Assembly (NCBI GenBank): GCA_031285625.1
Contig: JAITVV010000007.1
Span: 32,001 to 96,000 of the forward strand
DNA from: Prevotella sp.
GTDB lineage: Bacteria > Bacteroidota > Bacteroidia > Bacteroidales > Dysgonomonadaceae
DNA: 64,000 nt
Direction of reading: 5' to 3'
A program made the translations under genes and the position numbers. Shown here piece after piece: positions 29,539 to 39,155 of this stretch; the first letter of the stretch is position 1; each line of letters opens with the position of its first letter. The notes beneath the pieces are model-generated. The model worked only from the letters and a program-made list of their open reading frames with translations. It ran no database searches and had not been told where the DNA came from.

Positions 29539-30861
29539 ATGAAAAATAGATTTATAAGATATGCTATCTTCTTCTTTGCAAGCCTGGCCTTGTTTTCATG
29601 CTCTAATAATGAGTACGAAGAAGACTATAATACCAATGTTGATATAGCCGAGGGTATACCGGTTATTACAGCCTTAGCAAGCAAACCATTGCCTGAAAAT
29701 TTGCAATGTACTATGTACATTTTCTGGAAATCGGCAACTGATACAGAAAATGAATATGCCTTAAAAGAAATAAAAATACTGGAAAATACAGCACAGAATA
29801 AGCTTAAATTTATGAATAATGAATTGGAGAACAAAACATATCGTTTTCTATTCGTTGCTACCCCTTCCAGCACTAAAGAAATTGAATTAGTGAAATCGGA
29901 TGAAAATAACCTACAAATTGGGGATAAATGGGAAGATCTGATGATAAGATCATTTGACCCAATAGTATCAGCAGATAACTATCAAGGATTTGTTGATAAA
30001 ACCGGAACAGAAATATTGAACGGAAAGACAATAAATTGTACTCTGAGCAGACTGGTCGGTCAAATAATATTCGATATATATAAAATATTAAAGGAAGGAA
30101 ATACAACTGTCAGCCAGGATGTTTCTTTACCACATTTCACAGTTTTAGACCGTGTGTATAAAATTGAGATAGAGTATAGTGACCTTACAAAAGGTGTTGT
30201 TTACAATAACGATAATGAAATAATACATCAAAGCTTGTGGAACGATTCATATAAACAAACCATAGAACCTAAACTATATGAAAATGAAATTCCATGGTTC
30301 CGGAATTTTAAGGTAAATGCTTCTCAACCTGTTACTAATCTTACATTTTCGGAAGAGAAGAATGGAAGTGCCCACATAAAAGGAATTTATTGTATGCCCT
30401 CTAACGAGAATCTGAAAATAAAAATGACATTCTATTATTATGATACAACTCCACTGTGTGAAAACACAGAACATATACATTCAAAGTACTGCTACACCTA
30501 TCTGGATACATATAACAATACACAGTTTCTACCCTCAATATGTGGTATAGCTGAACATACCCATATGAATAGCTGCTATAAAGACGGCGTATTGATCTGT
30601 ACCAAAGAAGTTCATATACACAGAGTAGGGTGCTACGATATAGATCCGGTATGCGGAATGAATGAATATGTTTACACCAGCGATTGTTTTACAAAGAAAT
30701 TCATTGTACTTAATCTACCGAAGAAGGATGCAACTCCATTAAGTGTTATTCCTAATCACTATACCCTAAATACAGCTAAGATCAGATATGATAGGATTAT
30801 AGATGTTGGCGCTAATTTCTCCTTTGAATTTGATACAGCTTGGAAAAATGATAATAACTAA
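29539..30861 (+). CDS. Type V pilin-like lipoprotein with four Cys/His repeats
   Basis: Lipobox LFSC, TYRFLFVA, LSRLVGQI and C-terminal FEFDTAW. Carries a C-x4-H-x-H-x3-C insertion. Confidence 0.72.
   Translation: MKNRFIRYAIFFFASLALFSCSNNEYEEDYNTNVDIAEGIPVITALASKPLPENLQCTMYIFWKSATDTENEYALKEIKILENTAQNKLKFMNNELENKTYRFLFVATPSSTKEIELVKSDENNLQIGDKWEDLMIRSFDPIVSADNYQGFVDKTGTEILNGKTINCTLSRLVGQIIFDIYKILKEGNTTVSQDVSLPHFTVLDRVYKIEIEYSDLTKGVVYNNDNEIIHQSLWNDSYKQTIEPKLYENEIPWFRNFKVNASQPVTNLTFSEEKNGSAHIKGIYCMPSNENLKIKMTFYYYDTTPLCENTEHIHSKYCYTYLDTYNNTQFLPSICGIAEHTHMNSCYKDGVLICTKEVHIHRVGCYDIDPVCGMNEYVYTSDCFTKKFIVLNLPKKDATPLSVIPNHYTLNTAKIRYDRIIDVGANFSFEFDTAWKNDNN
30457..30687 (+). repeat. Four protein-level C-x4-H-x-H-x3-C-[YF] repeats
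   Basis: CENTEHIHSKYC, CGIAEHTHMNSC, CTKEVHIHRVGC and CGMNEYVYTSDC (H>Y in the last copy). Confidence 0.9.
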
Positions 30862-30876
30862 TAAAACCGCACTATT

Positions 30877-32085
30877 ATGATACGTAAAATAATTTTGCTA
30901 TTGGGCATAGCCATGTGGATAATATCTTGCCAGCAGGATGATCAGGAACTTGATATGAGTGGCGGTAACACAAATAATGGGGATGGTATTCCAGTAAAAA
31001 TATCATTATCAATAGAGGATGGAATAGACAATCAAACCGGGTATATTCCGATGAAAGTAGGTACTGAGGATGAAGTTAAATTAAAGATATCCAATTTATA
31101 CCGGATCATTATTATGAAGAAAATCGGAAATAAAATAATAATAGACTCTTTAGCTACAGGTATTGCTGATAATTCTTTAAGAGAATGGGATGCCGCCAGT
31201 TTCAAAAAAGGAGATAATCTTAGCGACCTTTCATTAGTTCTCACTCCCGGAGAGTATTATTTATCCATTTTTACCGGATTTAATAAGCTAATGTGGAATT
31301 CCCACATTAAAAAAGGAGGAGTTGTAGCTGATGATTCATCCGATGGAACCCATGACTACGCCTGTACATACGGAATCGGAGCAACAAGCTACTCTAATGT
31401 AGGTGTAAAGTACGTTTCGGAAGAAATATTCAGTGGGACAACACATTTTATAGTAAATAAGACCGAGGATCTACATTCCAATCCTGATCCCGTACTAGAG
31501 AATATAAAAGTGACCTTGAAACGCAATGTTACCAAATACAGGATGGTACTGCATGATTACGATGGAGTTGATCCTAACGATGCTTTTGAAAGCAATTTTT
31601 CTGAACCGATAATTAGAGGTAATATGACGGCCCTTAATGGGACTAAATTCGTAGATGGACTTGATATCTGGGGAGATCCATGGTATGATCAGGATACACC
31701 AACAACTGAAATGGAGTATTGTACTGAAACAAAGAGTTCAATGATTACCTTCGGAAATGAAAGATATTACTTCAGTACACATGGAACGAGAGTACACGCT
31801 CCTTACTTCTTCTCAAAAGAAGGGGATGAAGTAGAAGTACGCTTTTCAAATTTAAGAGTCTATTTTGGTTCCAACTCAAGATATTACAGATACAATGAGA
31901 CCATTGATGCAACACTGATGCATAACAATGTAGATGGCATAATATTCACTCCCGGGAGTGAAACCGACGATAATGTCTGGCCTCCTGTAACCAATATGAA
32001 TCTGGAAATGAATGGAGCAAAACCGAAAAACCCATTAGATATATTCAATAGTTATGCAGAATTTAATTTTCTCCAAACCCCTTAA
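30877..32085 (+). CDS. Pilin-like lipoprotein (minor/tip subunit candidate)
   Basis: Lipobox IISC-QQDD, LTPGEYYL and LKRNVTKYR motifs. Operon context. Confidence 0.65.
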   Translation: MIRKIILLLGIAMWIISCQQDDQELDMSGGNTNNGDGIPVKISLSIEDGIDNQTGYIPMKVGTEDEVKLKISNLYRIIIMKKIGNKIIIDSLATGIADNSLREWDAASFKKGDNLSDLSLVLTPGEYYLSIFTGFNKLMWNSHIKKGGVVADDSSDGTHDYACTYGIGATSYSNVGVKYVSEEIFSGTTHFIVNKTEDLHSNPDPVLENIKVTLKRNVTKYRMVLHDYDGVDPNDAFESNFSEPIIRGNMTALNGTKFVDGLDIWGDPWYDQDTPTTEMEYCTETKSSMITFGNERYYFSTHGTRVHAPYFFSKEGDEVEVRFSNLRVYFGSNSRYYRYNETIDATLMHNNVDGIIFTPGSETDDNVWPPVTNMNLEMNGAKPKNPLDIFNSYAEFNFLQTP

Positions 32086-32089
32086 AATT

Positions 32090-32992
32090 ATGGCTAAAAG
32101 TATAAAAATATTTGGAATATTATTATTGCTGGTTTTCTTCTCGGGCTGCGTAAAAGACGGAGAAGATCTTTGTCCTCCGGCAGGAAATGTAAAGATGGAT
32201 TTCTTTGTTGAGAAATTTCGTAATAAATCAGAGAATCCGCTAGATGACAGAGAAGAAGATTTTTTAAATAGAATCAATCATCTGCGCTATTTTATCTATA
32301 AAGAGGGCAATTTATATCAACAAGGCATAATAGATAATTTCACCAAAACTTCTAGTCCTTCATATTCTTTTCGTTTCACAGGTTTAGATTATGGAAACTA
32401 TAATATGGTTGTAGTTGCAAACTGTACGAAAGAAGCACTATCCGGTGACCCTGTTAATGCAGATAATCTATTGTTGACTTTCCCCGGTTGTATGGATACA
32501 GAAGACTTCTTTACTGCAGTATTCCCTTTCAGTATACAATCTGATGAAGTAAAAGAATATGAAGTAGGATTAATGCGTACACATGGCATTATTCGCTATA
32601 CGTTTAAGAATATGCCAGATAATATAACTGACATGGAAGTTGTGATGAAGAATGTAAGCCAGGAAAAATGGGTAACGGGAGATTATCGGACTACTTGCGA
32701 AGCATCCCGGCGATATGCAGTAATACCCTTGGTAAAAAAAACGGAAGCAGATGATTATATTATAGGCACCTTCCCTACCCTCACCAATGAAAAATCTGCT
32801 TATTACCTTAATATGTACAAAGAAGGGGAAACAACTCCATATATAAGCCAGATGATAACAGATGACCTTACAGTTAAAAGGAATCAACTTTTGGATATAG
32901 CTGTAACATTCAATGATGGATATCTGAGTTTCGAGATAGATATGGATAGCGATTGGGGCGGTTCTTCTTCCGGCGAAGTAGGTATAGAATAA
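32090..32992 (+). CDS. Mfa2/FimB-like anchor pilin
   Basis: Lipobox FSGC-VKDGEDLC, INHLRYFIY, GNYNMVVVAN, VKRNQL and IDMDSDW motifs. Confidence 0.8.
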   Translation: MAKSIKIFGILLLLVFFSGCVKDGEDLCPPAGNVKMDFFVEKFRNKSENPLDDREEDFLNRINHLRYFIYKEGNLYQQGIIDNFTKTSSPSYSFRFTGLDYGNYNMVVVANCTKEALSGDPVNADNLLLTFPGCMDTEDFFTAVFPFSIQSDEVKEYEVGLMRTHGIIRYTFKNMPDNITDMEVVMKNVSQEKWVTGDYRTTCEASRRYAVIPLVKKTEADDYIIGTFPTLTNEKSAYYLNMYKEGETTPYISQMITDDLTVKRNQLLDIAVTFNDGYLSFEIDMDSDWGGSSSGEVGIE

Positions 32993-33017
32993 TAAAGCAA
33001 CATAAAGAAAATATACA

Positions 33018-33584
33018 ATGAAAAAAGGAATTTTAATATTGATTTCATTAATATGTTCGGTGTCGATATTTCCACAGTATGTTGGAATTAAGAACAACCT
33101 TGTATATGATGCAACATTAACCCCAAATCTGGGAATCGAATTCGGATTAGGAAAAAAGTCGACTCTTGATATGAATGTAGGTTATAACCCATTCACATTC
33201 AGCGACCATAAAAAGTTCAAACATTGGTTAGTACAACCTGAATTTCGTTTGTGGTTTTGTGAAAAATTCAATGGAACATTTTTCGGAATCCATGCCCATG
33301 GAGGAGAATTCAGTGTATCTGGTAATCATTTGCCTTTTGGTATATTTCCCAACTTAAAAGGCTATCGATACGAAGGTTATTTCTATGGAGGAGGTATCAG
33401 TATTGGCTACCAGTGGATACTTAGCAAACGTTGGAATCTAGAAACATCTATAGGTGCAGGTTATGCCAGGCTAGAATATGATAAATACAATTGTCCTGAT
33501 TGCGGACCTAAGCTAGATTCGGGACACTACAATTATTGGGGGCCCACTAAAGCTACTATCTCGTTTATTTATATCATCCACTAA
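33018..33584 (+). CDS. DUF3575 outer-membrane beta-barrel protein
   Basis: IKNNLVYDATLTPNLGIE, HWLVQPEFRLW and YWGPTKA motifs. Typical companion of pilus operons. Confidence 0.88.
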   Translation: MKKGILILISLICSVSIFPQYVGIKNNLVYDATLTPNLGIEFGLGKKSTLDMNVGYNPFTFSDHKKFKHWLVQPEFRLWFCEKFNGTFFGIHAHGGEFSVSGNHLPFGIFPNLKGYRYEGYFYGGGISIGYQWILSKRWNLETSIGAGYARLEYDKYNCPDCGPKLDSGHYNYWGPTKATISFIYIIH

Positions 33585-33595
33585 ACATCGTAAAC

Positions 33596-35044
33596 ATGAA
33601 AAAAATAAACTTATACATTCTTGCCTTCTCACTATTACTTCCTTTAATAACAAGAGCTCAGGCAATATCGCCAAGTGGAATAAAACCGGAGCAGGTACAA
33701 ATAGGAAGAAATGGAGATTATATACAAATAGGAATGAGAATTAATCTGGATAATATTGATCTTGATTCTCAGGAAATGATAGTTCTAACCCCTGTAGCAA
33801 TGTCAGAAGACAGAGTGACGATGCACACCTTTGCTCCCGTAGTTATAACAGGAACAAAAAGGAACAAGGCACTGAACCGGGCTTTAGAATTCGGATCTTA
33901 TGAATTTCCAAATCCACCACAGCAGATAGTCCCTAAAAACAGCGTACAATATATACCTTTAAATCTCAGTCTTCCATATAATCAATGGATGCATAGTGGT
34001 ATTTTGGCATTTAAGGAAGAAAGAATAGGATGTGCCTGTGAAAATGAATATATCAACAACTATGATATTGCTCAGATACTACCTCCGGTATTCAATCCGG
34101 AATATACACTATCCTATATAACACCTCCTGTAGAAGAAGTGAAAAGGAGAAGTGAAACTTATAGTGCCCGTTTAAACTTTAAAGTAAATAGGTATGAAAT
34201 ATTGCACGATTTCAAAAATAATGCACAGGTATTATCTGAGGTCGGTCAGATTATAGAAGAGGTGCGGAACGATCCTAATCTGACAGTATCCGAATTCCTG
34301 ATTACCGGATATGCATCACCGGAAGGTAATTTTCAAAGCAATATGACTCTCTCAGAAAATAGGGCAAAGTCATTTGTCAATTATCTAAGCAATACATATG
34401 CGATAGACCCTTCAACTATCAAAACGGATTGGAAAGGCGAAGATTGGGATGGATTAAGAAAAGTGGTTGCTGACCTGCATATATCAGACAGGCAAAATGT
34501 ATTGGATATCATAGATAATGAACCAGATATACTGACTCGTAAAAATAAACTAAAACAGCTGTCGGGCGGAGAAACGTATAGAATGTTACTTCAAGACTAT
34601 TACCCCCCACTTCGTAGAAATGAATATACTATTTCATACGTTGCCCGCAGCTTTAGTATAGATGAAGCTAAAGAAAAAATAAAAACAAAACCTCAGCATC
34701 TCAGCCTTAATGAAATGTATCTGGTAGCAAATTCGTATACCAAGAATAGCGAAGATTTTAAACAAGTTTTTGAAATTGCTACCCGAATATATCCGGATGA
34801 TCCAGTTGCACGATTAAATTCGGCTACATTATCCCTGGAAAACAAAGATACGAACGCTGCCATCAAACAATTGGAAACAGTAAACTTACCTGAAGCATGG
34901 AATAACCTGGGAATAGCTTATATTCAGAAAGAAGAATATGAGATGGCTAAAGTATATTTTGATAAAGCAGCTAATATGGGATTAAATACGGCAACATATA
35001 ATTCTGAGCAATTATCAAAATGGCTTGAAGCACAACAATGGTAG
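33596..35044 (+). CDS. DUF3868 + OmpA-like + TPR protein
   Basis: VLTPV, GYASPEG, LSENRA, GEDWDGL, YPPLRR, LSLNEMY and C-terminal TPR AWNNLG. Confidence 0.88.
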   Translation: MKKINLYILAFSLLLPLITRAQAISPSGIKPEQVQIGRNGDYIQIGMRINLDNIDLDSQEMIVLTPVAMSEDRVTMHTFAPVVITGTKRNKALNRALEFGSYEFPNPPQQIVPKNSVQYIPLNLSLPYNQWMHSGILAFKEERIGCACENEYINNYDIAQILPPVFNPEYTLSYITPPVEEVKRRSETYSARLNFKVNRYEILHDFKNNAQVLSEVGQIIEEVRNDPNLTVSEFLITGYASPEGNFQSNMTLSENRAKSFVNYLSNTYAIDPSTIKTDWKGEDWDGLRKVVADLHISDRQNVLDIIDNEPDILTRKNKLKQLSGGETYRMLLQDYYPPLRRNEYTISYVARSFSIDEAKEKIKTKPQHLSLNEMYLVANSYTKNSEDFKQVFEIATRIYPDDPVARLNSATLSLENKDTNAAIKQLETVNLPEAWNNLGIAYIQKEEYEMAKVYFDKAANMGLNTATYNSEQLSKWLEAQQW

Positions 35045-35052
35045 AATCATAC

Positions 35053-35088
35053 TATAGCTTACATATTTTATACAATATGTAAGCTATA
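35053..35088. terminator. Hairpin ending the pilus operon
   Basis: Perfect 15-bp inverted repeat TATAGCTTACATATT / AATATGTAAGCTATA. Confidence 0.6.
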
Positions 35089-35224
35089 ATCCCATAAAGC
35101 AAGTAATCATTTCATATTAAACCAAACAATAAAACTTAAAAATTACAATAGAGAGAAACGCTCCACATATGTTAATACATGTTTGTCTGTCACAACTGGA
35201 ATTATTAACTAAAAGATTAGAATT

Positions 35225-36073
35225 ATGAGATTAGGTTTAGATATTGGCTATAAAAGCATTAGCATGGCAATAGTCAAGAATAATGAAGTTCTGGATTTAA
35301 TTGATAAACCGATTGCGACTTCCAAAAGGGATTGCAACAGAACAATAATGGACAAAATGTTAGCATCTATTCATAGTGTTTCCAAATCCAAAATAAAAGG
35401 TATTGGTTTAAGTTTACCCTCACGGATAGACGAAAAGAAAGGTGTGATATATGATATCAGCAGTATACCCTATTGGAAAGGGATGGGTATAAAGAAAATA
35501 TTAGAAGACGAGTTTAATACCAAAGTATGGATAAATAATGACGTCAACTGCTTTATCTTAGGCGAAAAATATTATGGAATGTGTAAAGATTTCAAAGACA
35601 TTGTTTGCATCTCATTAGGTCCTAATGTGGGCGCAAGCATTATTGTGAATAATAAATTATTTTTTGAGAATAACTATACATTCTATAATGCGAAATGTTT
35701 ATCTGTTCCTTGCTATGACTGTGTACGTATATATAGAAGCAGTTTTATACGAACAATGGAGGAACTTAACTTCTTACTCAAAGGCTACAAAGATGATATG
35801 GCAGATAATCCTGATCATGAAATATGGGCTGATTTGGGAATACTGGTCGGTAGACTCGTTTCTATCCTTCTATGCAACTATGATCCTCAAGTAATAGTAT
35901 TAGGCGGTCATTTAGCTAAACATTTTGTTCATTTCTCAGAATCAATGGATAGATATCTTGAAAAATTTATTCATCCGCAAGTACTATTAAATATGATAAT
36001 TTTTGCCTCTATTGTTGATCATCAACAAGCGTTAGGCGCAACGGCAATGGTAAAACAGCAAATATTAGTATAA
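35225..36073 (+). CDS. ROK-family protein with degenerate kinase motifs
   Basis: LGLDIG, INNDVNCFILGE and DPQVIVLGG are present. GGT, GTG and GE(I)G motifs are altered or absent. Confidence 0.8.
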   Translation: MRLGLDIGYKSISMAIVKNNEVLDLIDKPIATSKRDCNRTIMDKMLASIHSVSKSKIKGIGLSLPSRIDEKKGVIYDISSIPYWKGMGIKKILEDEFNTKVWINNDVNCFILGEKYYGMCKDFKDIVCISLGPNVGASIIVNNKLFFENNYTFYNAKCLSVPCYDCVRIYRSSFIRTMEELNFLLKGYKDDMADNPDHEIWADLGILVGRLVSILLCNYDPQVIVLGGHLAKHFVHFSESMDRYLEKFIHPQVLLNMIIFASIVDHQQALGATAMVKQQILV

Positions 36074-36174
36074 TAGAGCATCCAAATATTTGTTCATTTA
36101 TTAACCAATAAAAACATTTTGGATTAATAAAAATGAAAAATGTATTGTTTTTTAGTTAAAGTAAAATATAAAGG

Positions 36175-36199
36175 AAACAATCGGTTTATTACCAGTGTT
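36175..36199 (+). promoter_or_regulatory. ECF-sigma-like promoter copy 3
   Basis: AAACAATCGGTTTATTACCAGTGTT, upstream of the OMP-META-LEA-BON-LysM cluster. Confidence 0.6.
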
Positions 36200-36464
36200 T
36201 TTAATAAATACAAGATATTGAGGATAAAATAAGTATTCACAAATTACTAAAAACATCCGATATGATTATTTCCTTAATATACCATTATTTAGAATCTGCA
36301 TAGTAGGATTATGTAGTTTCTTCAAAAAGATACCCATCTAATTATACTAATGTCCATTTGTAAGTGATTCTTACAATAAGGGGATTTTTTGTGTTCCAGA
36401 ATTAAGTAAAATAAATATAAATATTTGATTTTTAGTATATTATTTAATTTAAAAGATAAGTTTT

Positions 36465-36995
36465 ATGAAAAAGATTTTATTATTAGCAGTTTTTATTGCT
36501 GCCGTATTTGGTTTGTCAGCTCAGACATCTTCACAATTCAGATCACCTCAGGCAAGTGATTTTGCTGTAGTAGGGCATGTAGGCTATCAAACTAATTTTA
36601 AAAGATTTGGTATCGATCTTCAGGGACGTTATAACCTGATGAGAAATATACGTATTGCTCCGGACATTGCATTTTATTTCCCAAAAGATAAAGTAACAGG
36701 ACTGGATGTAATGCTGAATGCTCATTATGTATTCTATTTTCCACAAGACAGATTTTCGGTTTATCCACTAGCTGGCTTTGGGATGCAAAATAACTTCTAT
36801 GGTAAACAAACAATTGTTGTTGACGGAAGCGAGGTGAAGGCTGACTCACACAGTAGTACCGATTTTGCATTCAATCTGGGAGGCGGTATAAGCTATCAGA
36901 TCAGTCCGCAAGGCTTCCTCAATGCTGAAGTGAAATTTATGCTTGGAGATAATGATAATGCAGCTATTATGTTGGGTTATGGATATAGATTTTAA
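36465..36995 (+). CDS. Small outer-membrane beta-barrel (porin family) protein
   Basis: Signal peptide, alternating beta strands, FNLGGG and C-terminal YGYRF. Confidence 0.85.
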   Translation: MKKILLLAVFIAAVFGLSAQTSSQFRSPQASDFAVVGHVGYQTNFKRFGIDLQGRYNLMRNIRIAPDIAFYFPKDKVTGLDVMLNAHYVFYFPQDRFSVYPLAGFGMQNNFYGKQTIVVDGSEVKADSHSSTDFAFNLGGGISYQISPQGFLNAEVKFMLGDNDNAAIMLGYGYRF

Positions 36996-37021
36996 GATTG
37001 TAAATTGAAAAATAAATAATT

Positions 37022-37774
37022 ATGAAAACCTTGAAATATATATTCCTTATTATTAGTATATGTCTTTTTTCGCAAGCTAATGCTCAGGATGTTTCGAAAG
37101 AACAATTAGTAGATAAATGGGTATTAAAAACGATCAATAACCGCCCGGCTAATGAATTATTCACCAATAAGACTCCATATCTTCTGTTCAATTTTGATGT
37201 AGAACAGGTTTCCGGCAATAGCGGATGCAATACATTTAGTGGAAAGTTTAAATATAGTGGAGGTAAGTTTGAGGCACCTAACATAGAATTAGGAGATATC
37301 ACTTGTCCGGGAAGTAGCGATGAGACTCTTCTTGTTAAATTATTGAACAAATCTTCGAAACTTTCAATTATGAATGGTGAGTTGATATTTACTCAGGATG
37401 ACAAACCTGTATTGGTATTTTATCGGGCACAACCACTCACTGCTACCGATCTTTCGGGTATATGGAGATTACAATCCATCAAAGGCGATGATGTAAAAGC
37501 AGATGCTCCATTACAAACCCCAACATTAGAACTTAATTTTTCTGACAACAGACTGACTGGAAATACAAGTTGTAATTCTTATAATGCACCATTTACTTTT
37601 TCCAAAAATGTACTCGAGGTTCAACCTCTAATCACAACCAGAATGGCATGTGATAAGATGGACCTGGAAAACAAATTTGTAAAAACGTTTACAGGTCGTA
37701 TGGATATTGATCTTGAAAATGGCAAATTAGTTGTCAGAAAAGAAAATAAAGAGATAATGACATTTACTCGCTAA
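37022..37774 (+). CDS. Tandem META/HslJ domain protein
   Basis: Two repeats of W-x-L...GNSGCN / GNTSCN, and TTRMAC. Confidence 0.88.
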   Translation: MKTLKYIFLIISICLFSQANAQDVSKEQLVDKWVLKTINNRPANELFTNKTPYLLFNFDVEQVSGNSGCNTFSGKFKYSGGKFEAPNIELGDITCPGSSDETLLVKLLNKSSKLSIMNGELIFTQDDKPVLVFYRAQPLTATDLSGIWRLQSIKGDDVKADAPLQTPTLELNFSDNRLTGNTSCNSYNAPFTFSKNVLEVQPLITTRMACDKMDLENKFVKTFTGRMDIDLENGKLVVRKENKEIMTFTR

Positions 37775-37790
37775 TTAAACTATAAAAGGA

Positions 37791-38066
37791 ATGAAAAGAA
37801 TATTAAGTATATTATTTATTAGCGGAATATTACTTAGCTCGGTTTCTTGTAGTAATAAAACTAAAAAAGATGCAGAGGACACCTATGAAGATGCAAAAAA
37901 AGAGGTGAATGATGCAGCTAACAAAGCCGGAGATAAAGTAGAAGAAGGAGCTGATAAAGCTAAAGATGCATGGGATGATACCAAGAAAGATGTAAAGGAA
38001 GGTGCTGATAAAGTAAAAAAAGAAGTTAAGCAAGCTGCTGATACAGTAAAGAAAAAGCTTAATTAA
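37791..38066 (+). CDS. LEA-like hydrophilic lipoprotein
   Basis: Lipobox SVSC followed by K/D/E/A-rich helical repeats with roughly 11-residue spacing. Confidence 0.75.
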   Translation: MKRILSILFISGILLSSVSCSNKTKKDAEDTYEDAKKEVNDAANKAGDKVEEGADKAKDAWDDTKKDVKEGADKVKKEVKQAADTVKKKLN

Positions 38067-38072
38067 TAGATA

Positions 38073-38129
38073 ACTGGGAAGAAAGCTGGAGGTACAGATA
38101 TTTTATTTGTACCTCTTGGTATCCCCAGT
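38073..38129 (+). terminator. Intergenic hairpin
   Basis: GAGGTACAGATA / TATTTGTACCTC core stem with outer ACTGGG / CCCAGT pairing. Confidence 0.45.
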
Positions 38130-38154
38130 CAGGACAAACAATAAAATTACCATT

Positions 38155-39135
38155 ATGAATAATATAGATAAGGCTCCGGATTATTTGGATGATCCGCATT
38201 TAAGCCAACAAACTAAAGAATACCTGAAAGTTCTAAACTCTGGCGACAAACCAGTAGAATCCCTACCGATTGCAGATGCCCGCAAAGTTCTCGAAGATGC
38301 ACAATCGTCGGTGAATGTAGATCTATCAGGTATAGAAGAGAGTGAAAAAACAATAACTCAAGATGGATATACGATAAAACTTAACATCGTACGTCCTCAA
38401 GGGAATAAAAACAAATTACCTGTTTTCATCTTCATACATGGAGGTGGATGGGTTTTAGGAGACTATCCTACACATAAACGCCTGGTACGTGATCTTGTTG
38501 TTACATCCGGTTTCTGTGCAGTCTTTGTAAATTATTCACCTTCACCTGAGGCCAAATATCCTACAGCAATAAATGAGATATATGCTGCAACCAAATGGGT
38601 TTCGCAACATGGAGAGGAAATAAATGTCGATGGGAAGAAACTGGCTGTTGTAGGTAATAGTGTGGGTGGGAACATGTCGATAGTGACCAGCCTGAGAGCT
38701 AAAGAAGAGAATGGACCTGAGATAAAAGTACAACTATTACTCTGGCCTGTTACTGATGCCACTTTTGACTGGGACTCTTATACGTTATATGGTAAGCAAA
38801 GATTTCTCACTACTCCATTAATGAAATGGATGTTTGACCAATATACGACCAATGAAGAAGAACGGAAGAATATACATCTTTCTCCACTGCAAGCATCTAT
38901 CGAAGAATTGAGAGGCTTACCTCCAACTTTAATAACAGTTGCAGAAAACGATATTCTGAGAGATCAGGGAGAAGCATTGGGCCGTAAACTAGATGAGGCC
39001 GGAGTAAGAGTTTCTACTATTCGGTTCAATGGAGTAATACATGATTGGGGAATGCTTAATGGTTATGCCAGAATACCGGAGACTTGTTCATTAATAGGAA
39101 TCTCTGCAGCAATGCTCAAATATTATCTTCAATAA
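38155..39135 (+). CDS. Alpha/beta hydrolase (HSL-family esterase)
   Basis: HGGGW oxyanion motif, GNSVGG nucleophile, ENDILRD and IHDW. Confidence 0.92.
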   Translation: MNNIDKAPDYLDDPHLSQQTKEYLKVLNSGDKPVESLPIADARKVLEDAQSSVNVDLSGIEESEKTITQDGYTIKLNIVRPQGNKNKLPVFIFIHGGGWVLGDYPTHKRLVRDLVVTSGFCAVFVNYSPSPEAKYPTAINEIYAATKWVSQHGEEINVDGKKLAVVGNSVGGNMSIVTSLRAKEENGPEIKVQLLLWPVTDATFDWDSYTLYGKQRFLTTPLMKWMFDQYTTNEEERKNIHLSPLQASIEELRGLPPTLITVAENDILRDQGEALGRKLDEAGVRVSTIRFNGVIHDWGMLNGYARIPETCSLIGISAAMLKYYLQ

Positions 39136-39155
39136 ATATTGTATTAAATAAATAA

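Noticed and set aside
35101-35224. ECF-like promoter upstream of the ROK gene
   Set aside because: The best AAAC...TGTT pair has a 20-nt spacer rather than 17, so it was not counted.
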